From positions 32,001 through 96,000 of IMG/VR virus record IMGVR_UViG_3300042556_001053: a stretch of DNA of 64,000 nt; one strand, given 5' to 3'. This DNA comes from a virus. Below, in pieces: positions 21,276 to 31,146 of the stretch. Numbering within the stretch: position 1 is the first letter of the stretch; each line of letters begins with the position of its first letter. Below the pieces are notes generated by a model. The model ran no database searches. It saw nothing but the letters and a program-made list of their open reading frames with translations, and was not told the origin of the DNA. The translations under genes and the position numbers were made by a program.

Positions 21276-21734
21276 TTAGTTAAAGTTATCTGTTGCCGTT
21301 CCTCCATCCCAGGTGTATTCCCAGGATGTTGTGTTATAGCTTCCTGCACTTACTAAAACTCCTGGCTCATCATAAGATCCGCCAGAAATAAAAGTACTAA
21401 CAATTAATCCATTTCCATCAATTGAAGTGTCATGGATGTGATCTTGAAGAACTTCTGCATCTTCAAGAGTTGCAATTGCTAACCATTGACCGTCATAATA
21501 GACATGAACTCTTTGTGTTACATTGTCAAACCACAAATTACCATTTAAAGGAGATTGTGGAGGAGTATCTGAAACTGGAATAGATGGTGCTCCAGCTAGG
21601 TTATCAACATATTGCTTTGTTACCGCATGGCTTGGGCTTGTTGGTGTTCCTACAGTTACTGTTCCACCAAAGGATCCACCAAGGCCAACGATTAGCCCAT
21701 TTTTGACTTTAAAATCTTTGCTATTCGTTGACAC
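21276..21734 (-). CDS. Small tail-fibre-associated protein
   Basis: FKVKNGL start shared with the next gene; PQSPLNGNLWFD motif. Confidence 0.6.
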   Translation of the reverse strand: MSTNSKDFKVKNGLIVGLGGSFGGTVTVGTPTSPSHAVTKQYVDNLAGAPSIPVSDTPPQSPLNGNLWFDNVTQRVHVYYDGQWLAIATLEDAEVLQDHIHDTSIDGNGLIVSTFISGGSYDEPGVLVSAGSYNTTSWEYTWDGGTATDNFN

Positions 21735-21754
21735 TTGGTTTCTCCTCTGTTAGA

Positions 21755-23434
21755 TTAAGCTACTAGTGTTCCTACAACAGTAACTGTTGAATCATTGTAC
21801 TCTGTGTCTACTAACAGCTGTACATTGCTTCCTGATACTGTTGCAGAGATTGCTGATAGTGAACCGTTAGTTCCTACAATGCCGTACTCTGTGACTGAAA
21901 TATTATCTGAAGAATCAAGTGTTAGAAGAACCTTTGAAATTTCAGTGTGTGTTGAGTAAGCAACCTTTACAAGGTATTCTGCTGAACGATATTCAGCCTT
22001 TGCAAAAGCGTGTGCTATCTGAACTCCTGCTGTTGGTGCTGATAGAGTTGCTGCAACCTGCTTAGCAACTGAGTTTAACTCAACTGCTGTAAAGTTTGGA
22101 ACAACTGCTTCAAGAGCATCTACTGCACGAGTGTTTGTGAAGTAAAGGTTTGTTGTACCTTCATCAAGATCATCAGTATCAGAATCTGCTACACCGTTTT
22201 CTGCGGTGATAGTAAGTCCTTCACCTGTTCCTGTAATTGTAATATTTGTAAGTGAAGCACCAGTCAAAAGTGATGCTGCTGAAGACTTAGCACGAGCATC
22301 TGTGAAGTACTGTGCTGAACCTTCTGCAATATCATCTGTGTCAAGTGCGTCTGCGTGATCAATTGCTGCTTGCTGTGCAAGACCAATTTCTGTGCCTGTC
22401 TTATATGCTGACCAAACCTCTGTTGAAGAAGATGATGCATCATTGATCAAGTCATCTGCGTAGTCCTTAGCGTCTTGCTCTGCTGTGTCAGCATATGACT
22501 GGTAAGCAGTTGTAATTGCTGTCTCACGGCCATCTGTGTAAGAGTTTGCTGATGTTACTGCATCTGATTCTGCTGCATCTACATACTGCTTAGTTGCTGC
22601 TCCAAGGTTTGCTGATGGATCTGCTGAAAGGACAAGAAGTCCAGTCATTGTATCGCCAGACTTAGCTACCTTTTCACCAATTGATGTTCCAATTGTTGAA
22701 GCAAACGAAGCATCATCATTTATTGCTGCTGCAAGTTCGTTAAGTGTATCAAGAAGTTCTGGAGCACCATTTACAAGGTCTGACACCTTTTGATCAGCAT
22801 AAGCTTTAGCATCTACCTCTGCTTGATCTGCGTATGCCTCGTAAGCAGTTGTGATTGCTGTCTCACGAGTATCTGTGTAAGCCTTAGCGTCTACTTCTGC
22901 CTGATCAGCGTATGCTTCGTAAGCAGTTGTAATTGCACCTTCACGGGTGTCTGTGTATGCCTTGGCATCTACTTCTGCTTGATCTGCATATGCTTCGTAA
23001 GCATTTGTGATTGCTGTTTCTCTGCCATCAGTGTAATCATTTGCTGCTTCTTCAGCTGCTGCTGCTGCACCAATTGTATCCCAAAGACCAGTGTTAGCAG
23101 TTACTGCACGTTGATTTGTAAAGTAAAGGTTTGTACCTTCTGCAAGATCGCCTGTGTCGTGGTTTGAAATGTCTGATACTGTACCAGTTACGTTACCTGT
23201 TACGTTACCGCTTAGATTTGCTGTAATTGTTCCTGCAGCAAAGTTTCCTGAACCGTCACGCTTTACAACTGTGTCCGCTGTATTAGCAGATGTGGCTGTT
23301 CCGCCAATAAGACTAACAATGTAGTCTTGGTCTGCTTGCTTCTTTGTAAGAACATCAAATCCGCCAACGGTAGCTGTTGCACCATCAACGACAAGACCAT
23401 TCTTTACTTTAAAGTTTTTATTTACTGTTGCCAT
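21755..23434 (-). CDS. Tail fibre / virion structural protein with 26-aa coiled-coil repeats
   Basis: YTDTRETAITTAYEAYADQAEVDAKA repeats; EGTNLYFT and APELLDTLNELAAAI fibre motifs. Confidence 0.75.
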   Translation of the reverse strand: MATVNKNFKVKNGLVVDGATATVGGFDVLTKKQADQDYIVSLIGGTATSANTADTVVKRDGSGNFAAGTITANLSGNVTGNVTGTVSDISNHDTGDLAEGTNLYFTNQRAVTANTGLWDTIGAAAAAEEAANDYTDGRETAITNAYEAYADQAEVDAKAYTDTREGAITTAYEAYADQAEVDAKAYTDTRETAITTAYEAYADQAEVDAKAYADQKVSDLVNGAPELLDTLNELAAAINDDASFASTIGTSIGEKVAKSGDTMTGLLVLSADPSANLGAATKQYVDAAESDAVTSANSYTDGRETAITTAYQSYADTAEQDAKDYADDLINDASSSSTEVWSAYKTGTEIGLAQQAAIDHADALDTDDIAEGSAQYFTDARAKSSAASLLTGASLTNITITGTGEGLTITAENGVADSDTDDLDEGTTNLYFTNTRAVDALEAVVPNFTAVELNSVAKQVAATLSAPTAGVQIAHAFAKAEYRSAEYLVKVAYSTHTEISKVLLTLDSSDNISVTEYGIVGTNGSLSAISATVSGSNVQLLVDTEYNDSTVTVVGTLVA

Positions 23435-23452
23435 TTTTTATCTCCTTGTTGG

Positions 23453-23899
23453 TTATGCCTTTAAACCCATACGAGCAAATCGTACGGTTATAGGCGTAAT
23501 ACCCACTGCTGGCGTTACAGAAAGATTTACTGTATTCGCCACCCTAGAGACGCTAATGGTGCCAATATTCCCATCATTGTCTATTGTTCCATATTCGCTG
23601 ACTGATACATCTGTACCGTCAACCAAAATTGTCATTTCTGTTGCGTAGAACTTATTATCTCCAGCAGTTGTCTTTTTGATGGAGATTATGTATTTGACCA
23701 TGCGCCATGCAGTAGCATCAAAATTATCAATTACCGTTGCTGATTCAATACCGTTAACAGTATTTTCATTATTACCTGCAGAACCTAAGTCTGTTGATTG
23801 AGCAGCCGTAGTATCAATTAGGTTTTCATAATCTGTCTGTGTAGGACGATCACCTGTTTGAAATGTTGACTTTATTGTGCTTATTGGGAGCTTAGCCAT
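23453..23899 (-). CDS. Virion protein, C-terminal domain paralogous to 21755..23434
   Basis: FQTGDRPTQTDYENLID start; VSVSEYG motif shared; leaderless promoter. Confidence 0.6.
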   Translation of the reverse strand: MAKLPISTIKSTFQTGDRPTQTDYENLIDTTAAQSTDLGSAGNNENTVNGIESATVIDNFDATAWRMVKYIISIKKTTAGDNKFYATEMTILVDGTDVSVSEYGTIDNDGNIGTISVSRVANTVNLSVTPAVGITPITVRFARMGLKA

Positions 23900-23922
23900 G
23901 TCCTAATTATAGCATATTTATA

Positions 23923-24147
23923 TTAAAGTATATAATTACTGTAGCCAATGATTTGAAGCGGAATTGGAGGAACAGCGCTTGCTCCGCCTGCTTCAATGCG
24001 AATTGCTGTTAGTCTAATTCTAAACGGTAGTGTAGAGTTTATAACTACATTTTTGCTTGGAGCGCTAATGCTTGTTCTAATTGCAAAATCTTGTTCAATT
24101 CTTTTTGTAAATACTGGCCTGTCTTCATAAATCTTAACAGTAGCCAT
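23923..24147 (-). CDS. Hypothetical small virion-cluster protein
   Basis: TAATG-coupled ORF. Confidence 0.5.
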   Translation of the reverse strand: MATVKIYEDRPVFTKRIEQDFAIRTSISAPSKNVVINSTLPFRIRLTAIRIEAGGASAVPPIPLQIIGYSNYIL

Positions 24148-24560
24148 TATGCAGTTACATCCTCAAGGACAATGAGTCTGCCTTGAGCTACCGTCCAAAC
24201 TATTGCATCTCCTCCAAGTGAAACTTCAATATCAAAAATATCATTGGTTTGAAGAGTTGCAGTTTGACTTGCTGACAGAGAAACTGTAAATTCTCCAACA
24301 AGATCGTCTGCATCTTGAATTGGTGTTAAAGTTAAAAGCAAAGTTGCTGTATCTGTTATTTCTCCAGGAACTACTGGGCTTGTAGTAGGACGCTTTATCT
24401 GCATAGAAATATTCCAGTCAGGGATAACTAAAGGTACTTTAGCGTCATCAGTTAAATAAACCTTAAATGCTGCTGTATCGCCCTTGACAAAAGTCCAATT
24501 TACGAATGGTGGTCTTTCACCAATATCATATGTAGATGCTTGTCCTCTGAATGTAGCCAT
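24147..24560 (-). CDS. Putative baseplate/adaptor-like beta protein (similar to 36816..37217)
   Basis: WTFVKGDTAAF versus WTVVRGDSSSL in the second copy; leaderless TGGTATAAT promoter. Confidence 0.5.
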   Translation of the reverse strand: MATFRGQASTYDIGERPPFVNWTFVKGDTAAFKVYLTDDAKVPLVIPDWNISMQIKRPTTSPVVPGEITDTATLLLTLTPIQDADDLVGEFTVSLSASQTATLQTNDIFDIEVSLGGDAIVWTVAQGRLIVLEDVTA

Positions 24561-24702
24561 TTTTATATTATACCACGATGAAAACAACAAATAAAATAAT
24601 TTAAAAAAATATTACAAAAGGTTGCCTTTTGGGTCAATTTCATGTTATACTTAGATAGTGCTACCAACAGGTAGCATCTTTAGTCTCTAGGAGGTTATTA
24701 TT

Positions 24703-25275
24703 ATGAGAAGAGATAAAAAGATTTGGATTGGAATCCTTGCTGCACTTGGGCTTATTGCACCACTAAGTAATGCAGCTAATGCTTTAAGTACTGAAAATAA
24801 CTTGAGTAAACCAGCCATTGCTGAACCTTCAACCGCCAAGGCGGTTTTTTTGGTTTCTAAGCCTAAAAGTCTGGTAGCAGTAAAAAAGAACCTAAATGTT
24901 CTACATAAGTATCAGGATGCTGTTAGTCTTACAGACCGTCAGTTAAAGGAGCTTTTGCATGCCGTTGGTTTTCGTGGCCAAGGCCTAGTAAAGGCTTGGG
25001 CGGTAGCTAAGAAAGAGTCTAATGGCCGTCCACTAGCTTTTAATGGCAATGTTAAGACTGGTGACAACTCTTACGGTATATTTCAAATCAATATGCTTGG
25101 AATGCTAAAAGAAGGTCGTCAAGATAAGTTTGGCCTAAACTTTAATAGTGAGCTCTTAAACCCTGTTATCAATGCACAGGTTGCATATCACATGAGTAAT
25201 GGTGGAAAGAACTGGTCTGCTTGGAAAGGCATGACTCCAAGAACCAAGTCCTGGATGGCTAAGTTCCCTTACTAA
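24703..25275 (+). CDS. Secreted lysozyme-like/lytic transglycosylase (SLT/Rpf-like)
   Basis: Signal-peptide-like N-terminus; AWAVAKKES catalytic Glu; SYGIFQIN; NWSAW; GGAGG RBS. Confidence 0.8.
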   Translation: MRRDKKIWIGILAALGLIAPLSNAANALSTENNLSKPAIAEPSTAKAVFLVSKPKSLVAVKKNLNVLHKYQDAVSLTDRQLKELLHAVGFRGQGLVKAWAVAKKESNGRPLAFNGNVKTGDNSYGIFQINMLGMLKEGRQDKFGLNFNSELLNPVINAQVAYHMSNGGKNWSAWKGMTPRTKSWMAKFPY

Positions 25276-25850
25276 AAAGGCAAATTTTTATTAAGAACTG
25301 TTGGGTGCTCATCATTACCTCTCATAAATATTGTTGAGAAGTATCTAGGCGAATCATCTAAAACTGGAAGAGATCCATGCATAACTTCTCCTCCATGAAG
25401 TAGGGCTGAGCCAGCTTTTGGTTTAATAGTTATTCCTAATTCTGGGTAGTCAAGCTCTCCACCAAGATAGTTATCATTATAATATATTACAAGGCCATAG
25501 CCTAAATAATATCCTTCAGGGGTTGTATCATTATCACGATGTTGCTTTATTTGATCGCCTTTTTTAAACCTAGAAATCTTTAATTCTTGTTCACAAAAAA
25601 AATATGATGGGAATATGTAGTCAACCTTATCAAAAACCAAGCTTCTACACAAATCTTTATGATCATAAAGGAACAAACTTTTATCGTGCCATAAACTATA
25701 TTCATCTGAAATTTCATTAAGATCAGTCCAGCCATCTTGTTTTTTATCAGAAAGTATATTTAAAATTAAAGACAGTTCTTCTTGATTTAAAAAGTTTTCA
25801 ATTTCATAAACATCCTCTGCAAGTTTGTTAATTTTAAAATTGTATTTCAT
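25272..25850 (-). CDS. 2OG-Fe(II) oxygenase, prolyl-4-hydroxylase-like
   Basis: HRD...YYNDNYLGGEL...HG...R. Confidence 0.85.
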   Translation of the reverse strand: MKYNFKINKLAEDVYEIENFLNQEELSLILNILSDKKQDGWTDLNEISDEYSLWHDKSLFLYDHKDLCRSLVFDKVDYIFPSYFFCEQELKISRFKKGDQIKQHRDNDTTPEGYYLGYGLVIYYNDNYLGGELDYPELGITIKPKAGSALLHGGEVMHGSLPVLDDSPRYFSTIFMRGNDEHPTVLNKNLPF

Positions 25851-26519
25851 TTAACCAAACTTACTACTACCTATATGGTTCATTTCAATATGATTAATAT
25901 TAAAATGACTTGGAAGATCTGATACCCACCTAATAGACTCTGCAAGATCTTCAGCAGTCAAGGCTATTTCACGTCTTTCTGTTTGTGTATCAATAGTTCC
26001 TGGGCATATTTCAGTAACCTTAATGCCGTAAGCAGGAAACTCTAAACGCATAGTATCAACTAGTGCCATCATTCCTCTTTTAGCGTTTATATAGTTACCA
26101 CCACTACGGTATGGAACCTTTCCACCCAAGGAACTTATAAATATAATAGTTGGAGACTTAGACCTTTGCATGCATGGAACAAAAAGCTGTGAAAGGTACA
26201 TAGGTCCAGAGACATTTATTTCGTAGGCAATTCTAAAATTATCCATTGTTTCATTTATAAGCATTGTTGGACCTGATCCACCACCAGCATTATTAACTAG
26301 AAGGTCAAGTGTGATATCTTTGTATTTTTCAAAAAAAGACTTAATCTCTTCAGGATTAGTTATGTCCATCTTGTATGTTTCAACATTGTCAGATACAAGC
26401 TCATTGACCTTAGAAAGGTTTCTAGAGACAGCTATAACCTTGTAGCCACTCTCAGACAGAAGTTTTACTGTAGCATAGCCAACGCCCTTGCTAGCCCCTG
26501 TAACTATGGCTGTTTTCAT
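25851..26519 (-). CDS. Short-chain dehydrogenase/reductase
   Basis: TGASKGVG, NNAG, YINAK (YxxxK) and PG motifs. Confidence 0.9.
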   Translation of the reverse strand: MKTAIVTGASKGVGYATVKLLSESGYKVIAVSRNLSKVNELVSDNVETYKMDITNPEEIKSFFEKYKDITLDLLVNNAGGGSGPTMLINETMDNFRIAYEINVSGPMYLSQLFVPCMQRSKSPTIIFISSLGGKVPYRSGGNYINAKRGMMALVDTMRLEFPAYGIKVTEICPGTIDTQTERREIALTAEDLAESIRWVSDLPSHFNINHIEMNHIGSSKFG

Positions 26520-27220
26520 CTGTTGTCCGTAGGCTGTGTACCGCCAGATAAGTCGTTATACCAGTGCATAGGTATCATATATTTAAAACCACTTTTTACA
26601 AGGTGAGCTGTATGATGATAAGGAGGAGAAGATGGGAATATAATTACGCTTCCAGCTTCTGGTTTAATTCCTATTGTTATTCTGTCAGAATCCTTGGACA
26701 AAGAGTAGTCTTCTGATGGCTTTCCATTAATAATAGGGGCATCTGGGGACTCTATGGTAAAAGATAATTCGCCACCTTCGTAGTCATCATTTAAATAAAA
26801 CACTAAAGAGTATCTTAACCTAGTGTCCCCTTCTTGTTGATCAAAGTGTGCACCCATAAAGGTTCCAGCGCTATATTTTTTAATATCAAAGGCTGGTAGA
26901 ATCATTGGCTCTTCCATGTCTCCTTTTGATACTGCATAGTCTTTGCAGACATTATAGAATAAATCAGTTATTGTGTTATATATGTAACTAACAGGGCTAG
27001 CATCTTTATCTGCTATTTTTTCAGAATCAGATGGCTGAACAGTTTTTTGAGATCCATACAAATACATCTCTCCACTGCAGGCTGTCCACTCATTCCATTT
27101 AGTCAAGGATGTGCCATAGTCTTTGCTCTCAGTGGCTTCAATCATTTCTATAAACTTTTTTGGATCTGCTATTGCATTTTTATAGTAATATATGTTTTCT
27201 TCAAGTATTTCTCTTTGCAT
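26516..27220 (-). CDS. 2OG-Fe(II) oxygenase, P4H-like
   Basis: HFD...YLNDDYEGGE...HHT...K. Confidence 0.85.
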   Translation of the reverse strand: MQREILEENIYYYKNAIADPKKFIEMIEATESKDYGTSLTKWNEWTACSGEMYLYGSQKTVQPSDSEKIADKDASPVSYIYNTITDLFYNVCKDYAVSKGDMEEPMILPAFDIKKYSAGTFMGAHFDQQEGDTRLRYSLVFYLNDDYEGGELSFTIESPDAPIINGKPSEDYSLSKDSDRITIGIKPEAGSVIIFPSSPPYHHTAHLVKSGFKYMIPMHWYNDLSGGTQPTDNR

Positions 27221-27963
27221 TACATTATCCCCTTATTTGATTGTTGAGGATACATGCTCATGTTGTTGTGTATCCAATGACCTGGAACCATATACTTAAA
27301 TCCAGACTTTACTGTATGTGCTATATGAAAATATGGTGCTTTTGCAGGAAAAATTATTACGCTATTTGCTTTTGGCTTTATTCCAAAGTCTATTGATTTG
27401 CTTGCCTTGGCTATTTCATAATCTAGGTCTACACCTGGTGCTCCATGAACCCAGCCTTCGGAGCTATTCCATCCACCATCATAGTCTTTAAGCTGAAATG
27501 AAATTTCTCCGCCTTCACAGTCATCATTTAAATACATGACTAAAGAATATCTTAGTGTTTCATCTCCATCTAGTTGATCAAAGTGTGCTCCCATAGATCT
27601 TCCAGTATTATACTTTTTAATATTAAATGTTGGAAACAGATTTGGCTCATCGTAGTCTCCAAGAGATAAAGCATAATCTTTACATACATTATGAAACGTT
27701 TTCATAACAGCATCATAAATATACTTGGTTTTTTCTCCAACCTCGTCTTTTAATTTATTAATTGAATCTAAATTAAAGGTTTTGGTTTCACCATAGATAA
27801 AAGACTTATCGTTAGAAGATGTCCAAGGCTCCCAAACATTTACGTTATGTTCACTTGATGCGTCCAATGCGTCCAGCTCTTTTAAAATTTTCTGAAAAGT
27901 ATCAAAATTTTCTATTGCATCAGTATAATAATAAACCTTTGGATCTAAAATTTCTTTATTCAT
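27220..27963 (-). CDS. 2OG-Fe(II) oxygenase, P4H-like
   Basis: HFD...YLNDDCEGGE...H...K; close paralogue of the previous gene. Confidence 0.85.
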   Translation of the reverse strand: MNKEILDPKVYYYTDAIENFDTFQKILKELDALDASSEHNVNVWEPWTSSNDKSFIYGETKTFNLDSINKLKDEVGEKTKYIYDAVMKTFHNVCKDYALSLGDYDEPNLFPTFNIKKYNTGRSMGAHFDQLDGDETLRYSLVMYLNDDCEGGEISFQLKDYDGGWNSSEGWVHGAPGVDLDYEIAKASKSIDFGIKPKANSVIIFPAKAPYFHIAHTVKSGFKYMVPGHWIHNNMSMYPQQSNKGIM

Positions 27964-27972
27964 TCTGTCTCC

Positions 27973-28632
27973 TTAATATTTATTATTTTCATAGAAGTTT
28001 TTTTCTTTTATAAAACCAACTAGAACATATCTAATTGGTCCCTCACCAACTGGAATTACTCCGTGATGAAAATCGCTAGTTCCTGGGAAAATAAGAAGTG
28101 ATCCCTTTTTAGGTTTTATTTTTAAATCTAAGTTTTTAAAAAACAATTCTCCATCAGCATACTCATCATTAAGATATAAAATGGTTGCATAACGAATTGA
28201 GGGATCTGTGTCTTGATCTGTATGAGCCTTTAGTTCAACTCCAGGCTGCATCCTTTGCAATGTAGCTAGTCCACTTAGCTCTAAATTACTTCCTTCATTA
28301 ACTACGGCTTTATTTAGTCTTTGATATACAGTGTGATAGATTGGATATGCCCTTATTACCAGATTCTTGTCTTCCCAGTTTCTGGTGATCTCAAACTTTC
28401 CTTCAGCAACAAGATTGTCAACGTCATCTCTACCAAATTTTTCCATACAGAATCTTTTAAGGTTGGAAGTATATTCTATAAACCAATCCTCGTCTGGTGT
28501 ATTGTTGATAATCTCTAAATAGTCGTCTATTTCTTCTTGAGAAATAAAATCTTCTAATAAAAGTAGATCTTTTGATATTTCTTCAAATTTTATTCCTAGA
28601 TCAGTTAGCTCTTTTGTAAGATATGCAGACAT
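27973..28632 (-). CDS. 2OG-Fe(II) oxygenase, P4H-like
   Basis: HTD...YLNDEYADGE...HGV...R. Confidence 0.85.
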   Translation of the reverse strand: MSAYLTKELTDLGIKFEEISKDLLLLEDFISQEEIDDYLEIINNTPDEDWFIEYTSNLKRFCMEKFGRDDVDNLVAEGKFEITRNWEDKNLVIRAYPIYHTVYQRLNKAVVNEGSNLELSGLATLQRMQPGVELKAHTDQDTDPSIRYATILYLNDEYADGELFFKNLDLKIKPKKGSLLIFPGTSDFHHGVIPVGEGPIRYVLVGFIKEKNFYENNKY

Positions 28633-28633
28633 A

Positions 28634-29383
28634 CTAGATTACCTCCTCTGGCTTATATTTATTTCCATCTTTATCTAGCTTCCACCCTTGCTTAAGTAGC
28701 TCTTGCCACTCTGCTCTTTCAATCTCTTGCTTTGCTCTTGTTTCTTTCATTTCTTCGGCCCATGCATCTCTTACCTCTTGTGGGTAGGCATCTTCTTCAC
28801 GGTCATCCCAGAAAGATCCTATGGTATATCTTACACCTTTAGTAATTAACGATACTTCGTGCATATTATTAAATCCACCGTCAAATACGGCAAGCATTCC
28901 AACCTTTGGCTGAATTTCTATGTTTTGATCTGGAAATCTTAAAAGACCACCTTCAAAATCATCGTTTAAGTACAGGAATCCTGCATATCTACTTCTTGTA
29001 AATGCTCCAGAATTGCCCTTCTCATCTGTATTATCAGAGTGTACTCTTGCATAAGCACCTGGCTCCCACTTTTGAGTATGATATCCAATTTTAGAAATTA
29101 TTTTTGGGTCTAAGTCATGTACTGATGCAATTGCTTCTGGCATCTTACTTTCAATATCTGAAAAAATAGTTGGAGATAGCCCAGCGTCAATTACCTCTTG
29201 ATCATTGTCTTGTGGTAGCACTGAAGAATATGACTCATAAAATGATATAGGCATCCAAGTTAGTCCGCCGTTATTTGCTTGTGCATCAAGTGCATTAATC
29301 ATCTTTTTGCACTCATCTTCACTAACAAAGTTTTCAAAAATAACAATATCCTTTGTAAGTCTTATCTTATTGTTTAGGTTCAT
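28634..29383 (-). CDS. 2OG-Fe(II) oxygenase, P4H-like
   Basis: HSD...YLNDDFEGG...HEV...R. Confidence 0.85.
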   Translation of the reverse strand: MNLNNKIRLTKDIVIFENFVSEDECKKMINALDAQANNGGLTWMPISFYESYSSVLPQDNDQEVIDAGLSPTIFSDIESKMPEAIASVHDLDPKIISKIGYHTQKWEPGAYARVHSDNTDEKGNSGAFTRSRYAGFLYLNDDFEGGLLRFPDQNIEIQPKVGMLAVFDGGFNNMHEVSLITKGVRYTIGSFWDDREEDAYPQEVRDAWAEEMKETRAKQEIERAEWQELLKQGWKLDKDGNKYKPEEVI

Positions 29384-30261
29384 TTTATTCTCACAGCTCC
29401 TTCTATTTCGTTTCTTTGTGGATGATCTTTTCTAAACTGTTCATGTATTTCTGGTTGCATGCTTGCCCATACATGCTTACCAAACTCTTTTTCTTTTTCA
29501 TACCATTCATCAGACCCTTTTTCATACTTTTGCCAATACATTCTTGACAAAAACTTATTTTTATTGTAAGAAGGCATTACTCCATGTAAGTATGGATCAC
29601 CATTTTCTGTTAAATAATCGGGATGCCCTGATGGAAAAACAAGTAGGTCTCCTGCTTGTGGCTTATATTTAACAAGCTTATCTCCCATTGCAAAGTCAAC
29701 CTCTCCGCCTTCATAGTCGTCATTAAAATAAATAGTGCATGTTATTACAAACTTGTATCCTGGAGCATCTGCCATCTCTCTCTGATAGTCTGAATGATAT
29801 CTCATCCCTACCTTTTCTTCATCAGTGCTTACATGATACTTTCCAACTGTTCCACCAGCCCACTTCCAGGTTGGAACAGTCTGACCACTTTCATCTACAG
29901 ACAAGTCATCTAAATCTACTTCTACCCCATACTTTTTAATATAGTGCTCTGTAGCCAAATAAAAGTTTTCCAACATCTCTATTGCAAAGAGTCGCTGGTC
30001 TTCCTGAGACTGTGTTGTTGTTTTGATATCTTTTAAACCGCCGTACTTATCGTACATAATCAGATTAGGTATTATTGGGCTTAAGTATTCTCCAAAAATA
30101 GACCATTGTGTCCAAGGGCTAAAAAGTCTATCTTCTGAGTTATCCAAAGAATCATTTAAAACTTTGTAAGATTTTGAAATATCTTTAAACATATTTTTAT
30201 AAACTACAATATTTGGGTATATTTCTTCAAACACAATACCATTTTCTTGGGTGTTGTTCAT
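29380..30261 (-). CDS. 2OG-Fe(II) oxygenase, P4H-like
   Basis: HSD...YFNDDYEGGE...HGV...K. Confidence 0.85.
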   Translation of the reverse strand: MNNTQENGIVFEEIYPNIVVYKNMFKDISKSYKVLNDSLDNSEDRLFSPWTQWSIFGEYLSPIIPNLIMYDKYGGLKDIKTTTQSQEDQRLFAIEMLENFYLATEHYIKKYGVEVDLDDLSVDESGQTVPTWKWAGGTVGKYHVSTDEEKVGMRYHSDYQREMADAPGYKFVITCTIYFNDDYEGGEVDFAMGDKLVKYKPQAGDLLVFPSGHPDYLTENGDPYLHGVMPSYNKNKFLSRMYWQKYEKGSDEWYEKEKEFGKHVWASMQPEIHEQFRKDHPQRNEIEGAVRIK

Positions 30262-31145
30262 CTTAATCTAACCCCATTATCTATTGTAATTCTTTGTAGG
30301 TTTTCTTTTTCATATTGACCCTGAATCTTATTCATCTCTGACTGCCAAGAGTCACCAAAAATTAGACTTTTTTCTTTCCACTCATCAGATGAGTCTTCAT
30401 ATACTGTCCAAAACATCCTTATAAAATATTTTTCATTTTCTTTACAAATTTCTGCAGCATGTAGATATACCTCACCATCTTCTGTGGAATATTCTGGATG
30501 TCCTGAAGGAAAAACAACAAAATCTCCAGCTTTTGGTTTATAGTTTATTAGCTTATTGCCAACTGCAAAGTCAATTCCGCCTCCTGAATAATTATCATTT
30601 AGGTATATGGTTGTAGTCAAAACAAACTTATATCCTGGGCCCTTTATAGCTTCTCTAACATAGTCGCTGTGATATCTCATTGCTAATCTTTCAGAGTCTG
30701 GCCCAGCAGCGGTAGAACCAACATAATATTTACACAAAGATGGTCCAGTCCAGTTCCACTTTTGATATTTTTTTCCATCTGATTGAACAGTATCTTTTTC
30801 TTCTTTGTGTATTGGGAAGTTGTGTTTTTCAATATAGTGGTTATTAGCCAAATGAAATGCTTTAATTAATTCAATCATAAAATATCTTTGATCTTCTTGA
30901 ACCTTGCTAGTAGGTTCTATGTCAAAGTTAATTTTAAGATCTGAGACATTTTTATCAAAAGATATTCCAAAGTTTTCTATTTTTTCACCTATAGAGTACC
31001 AGTCATTCCACTTGTCCCATATAGCATCTTCATAATTATTTATTGAATCTTTTGCAATCTGATACATTCTTTCTGGGTCTTCAAATATGTTATTGTAAAC
31101 AACAATATTTGGATAAATTTCTTCAAATGTAAGTTCTGTAGTCAT
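30258..31145 (-). CDS. 2OG-Fe(II) oxygenase, P4H-like
   Basis: HSD...YLNDNYSGG...H...K; paralogue of 29380..30261; start reassigned to MTTELTF. Confidence 0.83.
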   Translation of the reverse strand: MTTELTFEEIYPNIVVYNNIFEDPERMYQIAKDSINNYEDAIWDKWNDWYSIGEKIENFGISFDKNVSDLKINFDIEPTSKVQEDQRYFMIELIKAFHLANNHYIEKHNFPIHKEEKDTVQSDGKKYQKWNWTGPSLCKYYVGSTAAGPDSERLAMRYHSDYVREAIKGPGYKFVLTTTIYLNDNYSGGGIDFAVGNKLINYKPKAGDFVVFPSGHPEYSTEDGEVYLHAAEICKENEKYFIRMFWTVYEDSSDEWKEKSLIFGDSWQSEMNKIQGQYEKENLQRITIDNGVRLR

Positions 31146-31146
31146 A

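Noticed and set aside
145-23167. Many plus-strand ORFs overlapping structural genes
   Set aside because: Antisense artefacts of Ala/Thr/Ser-rich minus-strand genes, with no recognisable motifs.
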